Shown here in pieces: positions 53,797 to 59,181 of a DNA stretch of 59,181 nt (within the stretch, counting starts at the first letter, position 1; every line of letters begins with the position of its first letter). The stretch is from a virus (taxonomy: Duplodnaviria; Caudoviricetes), in the IMG/VR virus record IMGVR_UViG_3300035670_000237, positions 1 through 59,181 of that record. The stretch is one strand, 5' to 3'. Under the pieces are notes generated by a model, which was given only the letters and a program-made list of their open reading frames with translations, did no database searches and had not been told where the DNA came from. Both the position numbers and the translations under genes were made by a program.

Positions 53797-54459
53797 ATGA
53801 GACGCTACGACATCACGATCACCGGCAGCACCCCGCTGCTGATGCACCCCGACAACATCGAGTGGGCCGACCGGCTCGAAGCCTGGAAGAACGACCCAGG
53901 CAACAAGCGCGAAAGTAAAGCCGGCGACGACCGATCACCCGCGTGGCGCTGGATCGGCAACCTCTACAGCGACGGCCGCCTGGTGGCCCTGCCCAGCGAC
54001 AACCTCATGCGCGCCTTCATGGAGGGCGGCGCCATGGTGCCGGTGCCGGGCGGCAAAAGCGGCAAGACCTTCAAGGCGCAGAGTCAGTCCGGGATGATGG
54101 TCGCAGAGCCCTACTGGCCCATTGACATCAAGGGCGCCAACGTCAAGATCAGCGACATCCAGCCCCTCATGGAAGTCAAAGACTTTGCGCTGCACAAGGC
54201 GCGCGCCACCGAACTCGGCTTCCGGTTGCACGTCAAGCGGGCCAAGATCGGTGCCAGCAAACACATCCGCGTGCGCCCGATGTTCGAAACCTGGTCCGCG
54301 CACGGCACCATCAACGTCTGGGACGAGCAGATCACCGACCGCGTGCTGGCCGACATCCTCAGCTACGCCGGCCAGTACAAGGGCCTGGGCGACTGGCGCC
54401 CCGGCGGCCGCACGCCGGGCAGCTTTGGCATGTTCACGGCGCAGATTCGCGAAGGGTAA
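53797..54459 (+). CDS. Stand-alone Cas7/RAMP-like protein (220 aa)
   Basis: AAGGAG SD. N-terminal ITITGSTPLLMH, LPSDNL, RVRPMF..W, C-terminal Gly-rich loop GLGDWRP..PGSFGMF. Confidence 0.75.
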   Translation: MRRYDITITGSTPLLMHPDNIEWADRLEAWKNDPGNKRESKAGDDRSPAWRWIGNLYSDGRLVALPSDNLMRAFMEGGAMVPVPGGKSGKTFKAQSQSGMMVAEPYWPIDIKGANVKISDIQPLMEVKDFALHKARATELGFRLHVKRAKIGASKHIRVRPMFETWSAHGTINVWDEQITDRVLADILSYAGQYKGLGDWRPGGRTPGSFGMFTAQIREG

Positions 54460-54464
54460 GTAGC

Positions 54465-54553
54465 GGCGCGGCCTGGCCTGGCAGGGCCTGGCGGGGCGAG
54501 GCAGGGCGGGGCGGGGCGGGGCGCGGCAGAGCCAGGCAGGGGCGCTATGCGCA
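54465..54553 (+). ncRNA. GGC-NN pentamer array 3 (15 units, 54465-54539) plus conserved tail
   Basis: GGC+GC,CT,CT,AG,CT,GG,GA,AG,GG,GG,GG,GC,AG,(AGC)CA,AG, then GGGCGCTATGCGCA. Confidence 0.75.
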
Positions 54554-54570
54554 TCAACTCGAAGCACGAC

Positions 54571-55077
54571 ATGAACACCACCAACACGCAGAACATTTTC
54601 CGCGGCATGCCCAGCGGACCCGATGTGCGCAAGCTGCTCGATGCATTCGGCGCGCTGCAACCCGGGCTGCAGATCACGCACGCTGAAATGGAGGACGCGC
54701 TGGTCACCGTCAGGTACGGCAGCCAGCGCTACAAGACCGTGGTTGCCGCGTGGCGCAAGACCTTGCTGGACAGGCACAACATCGACATCCAGTCAGTGCC
54801 CGGCATCGGCTATCGGGTTTTGAACGACGAAGAGCGCGTGGATGCCGGCCTGTCTGGCAGCAAGCGCGGGCTGCGCGAGATCGTGCGCTCGGCCAGACGC
54901 AGCGACCGCGTCATAACCGAAGACCCCGTGCTGGTGCACAAGCAGGCCGTGCAGCGGCGGCTGACGATGGCGATCAACGACGAATTCAAGCGCCAGACCA
55001 AGGCTTTGCTGGAGCTTCCGCCGCCCATGCAGCAGCAGCCTCGCATTCCCCAACCCACCTCGAAAGCCACCCCATGA
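54571..55077 (+). CDS. Winged-helix-like protein associated with the RAMP locus
   Basis: IQSVPGIGYRVL resembles the OmpR-type wing (I.TVRG.GY.L). Alternative ATG at 54547. Confidence 0.6.
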   Translation: MNTTNTQNIFRGMPSGPDVRKLLDAFGALQPGLQITHAEMEDALVTVRYGSQRYKTVVAAWRKTLLDRHNIDIQSVPGIGYRVLNDEERVDAGLSGSKRGLREIVRSARRSDRVITEDPVLVHKQAVQRRLTMAINDEFKRQTKALLELPPPMQQQPRIPQPTSKATP

Positions 55078-55435
55078 TCAGCGCCATACTTTCCGTCATC
55101 GCCATGATCGCGGCCATCGCCGCGATGATCGCTGCAATCATGGCCCACCTCGCTTGGCGCTCGGCCGCCGCCGAGGCGCGCTCGGCCGCCGCGGCCGCCG
55201 ACCTGGAGGCTTCCAAGCTCGAAGCGGCGATCTCGGTCATGCGGTCGGAGCGCGATTCGCGCCGCTCCTCGAGTTCCTGCGACATCCTCAGCAGCTCGGC
55301 TTCCACCCAGGTTGCAGCCTCCACCCAGGTGCGCGAGTCGTAAGGCTGGCCATGCAGCCCCCGCGCCATCTCCAGCTTCACGCCGGCCGCGCCGATGGCC
55401 CGGAAGTGCTCGAGCTGCGCCGGCGTCAGCGGCAT
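54986..55435 (-). CDS. Membrane-anchored coiled-coil protein, paralogue of 43835-44134
   Basis: IGAAGVK..MARG.HG...W.EAEL, coiled coil, C-terminal TM. Confidence 0.55.
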   Translation of the reverse strand: MPLTPAQLEHFRAIGAAGVKLEMARGLHGQPYDSRTWVEAATWVEAELLRMSQELEERRESRSDRMTEIAASSLEASRSAAAAAERASAAAERQARWAMIAAIIAAMAAIMAMTESMALIMGWLSRWVGECEAAAAWAAEAPAKPWSGA

Positions 55436-55489
55436 GGCCGATGCAATCTCAGCCCGCTGCACCGCCTGGCCGCCACCCTCCCGCGCGCC

Positions 55490-55804
55490 CTACGCCGCGT
55501 GCGCGTCGATGGGTTGCGCCACCAGCTTGACCCCCAGCGCCCGGCACACGCGGGCGATGGTGTCGAAACGCGGGCTGGAATCGGCGCGCAGCGCCTTGTA
55601 CAGCGCCTCGCGGCTCAGGCCCGCTGCCTGCGCCATCTGCGTCATGCCTCGGGCTCTGGCAATGTCACCCAGAGCCTGGGCCAGCAAGCCCGGGTTGTTC
55701 TCTTCCAACATGGCCAAAAGGTACTCGGCCACCGCCTCGTCGTCACCCAGGTACTCGGTGGGGTCGAACACCCGCAGATCTGTGATCTTGATCTTGTCGG
55801 TCAT
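55490..55804 (-). CDS. Addiction-module antidote protein (HigA/HI1420-like HTH), no cognate toxin
   Basis: FD..EYL.D.EAVAEYL...ALGDIARARGMTQ.A..AGLSREALYKAL....PRFDTI. Confidence 0.88.
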   Translation of the reverse strand: MTDKIKITDLRVFDPTEYLGDDEAVAEYLLAMLEENNPGLLAQALGDIARARGMTQMAQAAGLSREALYKALRADSSPRFDTIARVCRALGVKLVAQPIDAHAA

Positions 55805-55807
55805 GGC

Positions 55808-56224
55808 TCAAGCCACCCTCACCTCCAAGTGCCGGCCAAGCACCCGCGCCGCGGCTTCGATCTGGTCCAGCCGCGAGGCGTGGCGCAGGTCAAGGAGCCG
55901 ATCCACCTGCGGCATGTGCCAGCCCAGGCGCCGGGCGAGTTCAGCCTTCTTGACGCCTTGCTCGGTCATGGCTTGGTACACCCCCAGCTTCGCGCCTTCC
56001 AAGGCCGATGGGCGCACGGTGCGCTGCCCACGCTTGGCCTTGCTGGGTACGGGCAGCGGCTTGCGCGCCTCCACGTAGAACGACAGGGCCGTCTCCAGCG
56101 CATCGACAGCCTGCAGAAGCGCTTCGTCTTCATCGGCGCCGAAGGTCAGCGCCTCGGGCACGTCGGGGAAGGTCACCAGCACGGTGTTGCCGTCCGGGGT
56201 CAGGATCACGGGGTAGTCGAACAT
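55808..56224 (-). CDS. hicB: HicB antitoxin
   Basis: YPV.L......VTFPDVPEA.T.G..EAL..A.DAL plus C-terminal HTH. Confidence 0.92.
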   Translation of the reverse strand: MFDYPVILTPDGNTVLVTFPDVPEALTFGADEDEALLQAVDALETALSFYVEARKPLPVPSKAKRGQRTVRPSALEGAKLGVYQAMTEQGVKKAELARRLGWHMPQVDRLLDLRHASRLDQIEAAARVLGRHLEVRVA

Positions 56225-56233
56225 GGGGCGGCC

Positions 56234-56413
56234 TCACTTCAGTCCGAGTTGACGCTTGATCGCGGCTTCAAGCCCCTTGCCCAGTTCGGCGGTGCCGTGC
56301 ATGGGCAGCGTGGACTGCTTGCCGTTCAGGAAAACTTTCAGATGCGAGCCCTTGCCGGGCTGAAAAGTGGCGCCTTGCTGCTCCAGCCACTTCTTCATCT
56401 GCTTCGAGTTCAT
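56234..56413 (-). CDS. hicA: HicA toxin
   Basis: 59 aa. WL..QG....GKGSH......TLPMH..ELGKGL..AIKRQLGLK. Confidence 0.92.
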   Translation of the reverse strand: MNSKQMKKWLEQQGATFQPGKGSHLKVFLNGKQSTLPMHGTAELGKGLEAAIKRQLGLK

Positions 56414-56613
56414 GGGCTTAATGTTAAACACTTCTGTTGTACTCCGCAAGAGCAACGCAACACGGCTGTTGCCTCGCTGCGCCCACGTGTGGCACACTCC
56501 GCCCGTCCTCGCACATCGGGGATGCGGGCTTGGCAGCCCGGTGGAATCCGCGGCTCAAGGCCGCACCTCACCGCAGGATCGCGGCCTTTTTCGTGCCTGA
56601 GCACGCCTGTTTC

Positions 56614-56702
56614 TATGGCGGCCCGGGCGAGGAGGCCGCAAGGCCTGCCGGCTTCCGCTCCGCGGGTTCCCCGGTCTGCCAACCTCGCTTCGGGCTGCCG
56701 CC
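56614..56702 (+). ncRNA. C4-like antisense RNA
   Basis: Cloverleaf-like: GGCGGCCCGGGCGAGG pairs with CCTCGCTTCGGGCTGCC, GGCC-GCAA-GGCC hairpin, and exposed GGTTCC and CTGCCAA. Complementary sites lie upstream (56530, 56543) and downstream (56708, 56741). Confidence 0.75.
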
Positions 56703-56758
56703 TTCTCTTGGCAGGGAGGGTTGCAGCGGTTGATCCGCCTGGAACCCTGGAGGCCATC

Positions 56759-57580
56759 ATGGCTGAATCCCTTGTCCCCGTCGCGCTGCACGGCGCGACT
56801 ATCCTGGCCGTTCTCGTCGACGGCTTGCCCCATGTCTCGGTCCGTTCGCTGTGCGAAGCGCTCGGGCTCGATGTGCAAGCGCAGACTCGACGCATTCATC
56901 GCCACCCGGTCCTGTCCCAAGGGGTAGCCGTTACGGCTACGCCTTCAGCCGGCGGCGATCAGCAAACCGCCTGCCTCCCCCTGTCCATGCTCAACGGCTG
57001 GCTGTTCGGCATCCAGGCCAGCCGGGTCAGGCCCGAGCTGCGCGAGCGCCTGGTGCAGTACCAGCGCGAGTGCTTCGACGTGCTGGCCCGCCACTTCGGC
57101 GCGGCCGGCGCCGCCGCCAGCGCCGGCCAGGGCCACGGCGGCACCCCGCCGCAGGGCCCGGGCGCCGCGGGCCAGCCCGAAGAAGCCGATGCCCCCGCGC
57201 TGCCCGCCCCGCTGCCCTGCATCGACGTGCGCACCCTGCTGCTCACCGGCCAGAGCGATCCCGGCCTGCCCCTGCCCCCAGAGCTTTCCGCCCTGATCGA
57301 CGAGCGCGCCTGGGCCATGGCCCGCGAAGCCTACGACCTGGTGCGCACCCACCTGCAGCGCCGCGTCGCCCACCACGCCCAGTGCGGCCCCGCCAACGCC
57401 CCGCGCCTGCTGCTGCCCCTGGCCCTGCACGCCGTGCGCCAAGGCACCCTCGGCCACGCCCTGGCCCACCTGTACCACGCCGAACTGCAAAGCCTGCAGA
57501 TCCGCGCCGAAGCCCACGCCCAAGGCGCCCACCGCCTGGCGCGCCAACTCACCGCCGAACTCGGAGGCATCGAAGCATGA
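56759..57580 (+). CDS. ant: Antirepressor (P22 Ant N-terminal domain)
   Basis: V.VR.LCEALGLD..AQ..RI...CLPL.MLNGWLFGI...RV.PE.RE.L..YQ.ECF.VL..HF. GGAGG SD. Confidence 0.85.
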   Translation: MAESLVPVALHGATILAVLVDGLPHVSVRSLCEALGLDVQAQTRRIHRHPVLSQGVAVTATPSAGGDQQTACLPLSMLNGWLFGIQASRVRPELRERLVQYQRECFDVLARHFGAAGAAASAGQGHGGTPPQGPGAAGQPEEADAPALPAPLPCIDVRTLLLTGQSDPGLPLPPELSALIDERAWAMAREAYDLVRTHLQRRVAHHAQCGPANAPRLLLPLALHAVRQGTLGHALAHLYHAELQSLQIRAEAHAQGAHRLARQLTAELGGIEA

Positions 57581-58164
57581 CAACACAGCCCAAAGCCCTG
57601 ACGCTGTCTGATTGGCTGGAACGTGGGAACTACGATCACGATGACGTCATGAAAGCAGCAGCTGAACTGCGGCGGTTTCACAGCGTGAATCAGGGGTTGC
57701 GCAGCGTGAATCAGGAACTGCTGAAATTTTGGGGCGCCCAAGCCCCGGCGGGAGACCCCGCCGGTGAATCATCTGCAGCAGTGGCCTCGGCGCCCCACCC
57801 GCGCGCTGCCCCATCCATCGACGCCGCCACCGCCCAGCAGGCGCTGGAGGCGCTGGAGATGTTCGACAGCTACGTCGAGCCACTGACTCAGAAGTTTGGC
57901 GGCCCGCAGGTGCCCGCCGAGGCCAGCACCGCGTGGTACGTGCATCGGGCGCGAGATGCCCTGCGCGCCGCATTAGAGAAGCCCGACAAGTGCGAGTGGG
58001 TGCAGACCGACGAGGATTCGGACACCTGGATGGCGTCGTGCGGCAGGCACCGTTACTTCTCGCTGAACGAGGGCACGCCCAAAGACAACCACATGAAGCA
58101 CTGCTGCTACTGCGGCAAGCCGCTGGCAGAGACGTTGTTTGAACTGGAGAAAAGCCATGGGTGA
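57577..58164 (+). CDS. Hypothetical mosaic protein with C-terminal Cys motif
   Basis: ATGA overlap. AAAELRR.H and CEW...CG...CCYCGK motifs. Confidence 0.55.
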   Translation: MTTQPKALTLSDWLERGNYDHDDVMKAAAELRRFHSVNQGLRSVNQELLKFWGAQAPAGDPAGESSAAVASAPHPRAAPSIDAATAQQALEALEMFDSYVEPLTQKFGGPQVPAEASTAWYVHRARDALRAALEKPDKCEWVQTDEDSDTWMASCGRHRYFSLNEGTPKDNHMKHCCYCGKPLAETLFELEKSHG

Positions 58165-58215
58165 ACCAAAACAAGCCGACCAGCAGGCCGGCACGGGCAT
58201 CTTCTGGAGGCTGTC

Positions 58216-58467
58216 GTGAGCGGGGGCGGCAGCCGCGCCAAGCCCTCGCGCCAGGGCACCGGCGCCCCCACGTTCTGCTGGGTCTGCAACCACCAGCTCA
58301 AGCGCGCGCCCGGCCGTGGCAAGGGCCTCTTCTACTTCGAGCTCGTGCGCGACCCGAGCGGCGCCGTACACCGCGTCCACGGCCAACAGTGCCTGCGCGC
58401 AGCGATCGAGGACGGGAACAGGCTGGTCAATGATGGACACCCGTCACCCACGGAGGCCGCGCAATGA
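58216..58467 (+). CDS. Small putative Zn-binding protein
   Basis: GGAGG SD, GTG start, CWVC...H..C. Confidence 0.55.
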   Translation: MSGGGSRAKPSRQGTGAPTFCWVCNHQLKRAPGRGKGLFYFELVRDPSGAVHRVHGQQCLRAAIEDGNRLVNDGHPSPTEAAQ

Positions 58468-58754
58468 ACGGACTGTTGACACCGGCAGAATTGGCCGCGC
58501 ACCTGCGCACCAGCGAGCGCACCGTCGCGCGCATGATCCTGGACGGCTGCCCGAGTATGCTCGTTGGCTCCCGCCGCAGGTTTGATCTGCAGGCCGTGTT
58601 GGACTGGACCAGAGAGCGCGCAGGATCATGCCCATCAGAAAAGACAACTCCGGGCGTTGGCACGCAGAGGCTTGCGTCGGCCGTCGCCGCCTACACCGAC
58701 GCTTACCGGCGGGCGCAAGTTCGGGTGATGCCAAGCTCCTCGAGGCAGAGCTGA
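58464..58754 (+). CDS. xis: Excisionase-like HTH protein
   Basis: LLTPAELA.HL..SERTV......G.P...VG..RRFD...V..W. Precedes and overlaps int. Confidence 0.8.
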   Translation: MNGLLTPAELAAHLRTSERTVARMILDGCPSMLVGSRRRFDLQAVLDWTRERAGSCPSEKTTPGVGTQRLASAVAAYTDAYRRAQVRVMPSSSRQS

Positions 58755-59181
58755 CGCGCGCGCTGCACGCTCAAGCCAAGACGCGGCAGCCCAACATCCC
58801 TGGCGACCCGCTGCTCAGCGAGCTGCTGGCCGACTACACCGAGCGCCACGCCGGCACCCTGCGCAGCCCCGAGACGGCGCGCCACCACGCTTACCGCATA
58901 GGCCGGTGGATTGAGGGCCGCAGAGCCAGCGAAGTGCGCGAGGTGGCTGCCGCCATCGTCAGCGATCTGCAGCCAGCGTATGCGCCGGCCACCATCAACC
59001 GCAGCCTGGGCGCACTGAAGAAGGCACTGGCCGATGCCTGGCAGCGCGGACGCGCGCCGGTGGACTACAGCGGCCTGGTCAAGCGACTGCCCGAGAACAA
59101 CCAGCGCACCGTCTACCTGACCATGGAGCAGGTGCACCAGCTGGCCGAGTGCGCCAGCGAGCAGGTGCGCACCGCCATCTG
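58628..59181 (+). CDS. int: Integrase, N-terminal part (continues at the window start; about 341 aa in total)
   Basis: ATG at 58628 (MPIRKDNSGRW). Open to the window end and in frame with 2-754. Confidence 0.9.
   Translation, partial: MPIRKDNSGRWHAEACVGRRRLHRRLPAGASSGDAKLLEAELTRALHAQAKTRQPNIPGDPLLSELLADYTERHAGTLRSPETARHHAYRIGRWIEGRRASEVREVAAAIVSDLQPAYAPATINRSLGALKKALADAWQRGRAPVDYSGLVKRLPENNQRTVYLTMEQVHQLAECASEQVRTAI

Larger units (their letters stand above)
1..59181. mobile_element. Temperate phage genome (podovirus-like virion module), apparently complete and circularly permuted within the integrase gene
   Basis: Terminase, portal, capsid, tail, lysis, replication, repressor/cro, xis and int are all present. 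No host housekeeping genes. Positions 1-282 correspond to 58900-59181. Confidence 0.93.

Noticed and set aside
53549-53800. ORFs translated through the pentamer arrays (53549-53800, 53556-53792, and the 78-codon N-terminal extension from 53563)
   Set aside because: The A/W/Q/G/R periodic products simply reflect the 5-nt repeat. The real gene has a clear SD and ATG at 53797.
54465-54539. Simple microsatellite or G-quadruplex explanation for the arrays
   Set aside because: Not fully excluded. However, the variable NN with fixed phase, three separate arrays, shared 3' tails and adjacency to a RAMP-like gene are not expected from plain slippage repeats.
53560-54553. Canonical CRISPR array near the Cas7-like gene
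   Set aside because: No 23-47 nt repeats separated by unique spacers were seen here or elsewhere in the window.
55154-56758. 808 aa ORF 55154-57580 as a single protein
   Set aside because: Its 5' part is antisense to hicAB and the antidote gene and crosses the C4-like RNA. Only 56759-57580 looks like a real gene.

Overview
A roughly 58.9 kb, GC-rich temperate phage genome that looks complete and excised. The integrase gene wraps across the two window ends, and an intact attP carries the 3' half of a tRNA-Val(CAC) with arm-type repeats on both sides. The left two thirds (minus strand) is a podovirus-type late region: terminases, portal, lysis genes, scaffold, N4-gp56-like major capsid, adaptor/tail proteins, ejection proteins and a 4557 aa DarB-like polyvalent protein. 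It contains a complete diversity-generating retroelement (target-VR, avd, TR, RT; 23 of 24 TR/VR mismatches at TR adenines). The right third holds replication, immunity, recombination and many accessory genes. The most striking locus is 53.5-55.1 kb: a stand-alone Cas7/RAMP-like gene flanked by three phased arrays of GGC-NN pentamers with shared 3' ends, followed by a winged-helix gene. This is a candidate non-CRISPR RNA-guided system. Other notable signals are three SD-led ORFs overprinted in the +1 frame of the giant gene, a six-copy late-promoter motif, a CsrA-like gene in the capsid operon, a C4-type antisense RNA before the antirepressor, and two paralogous antisense membrane-protein genes. 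All family assignments come from motif recognition by eye; no searches were run.
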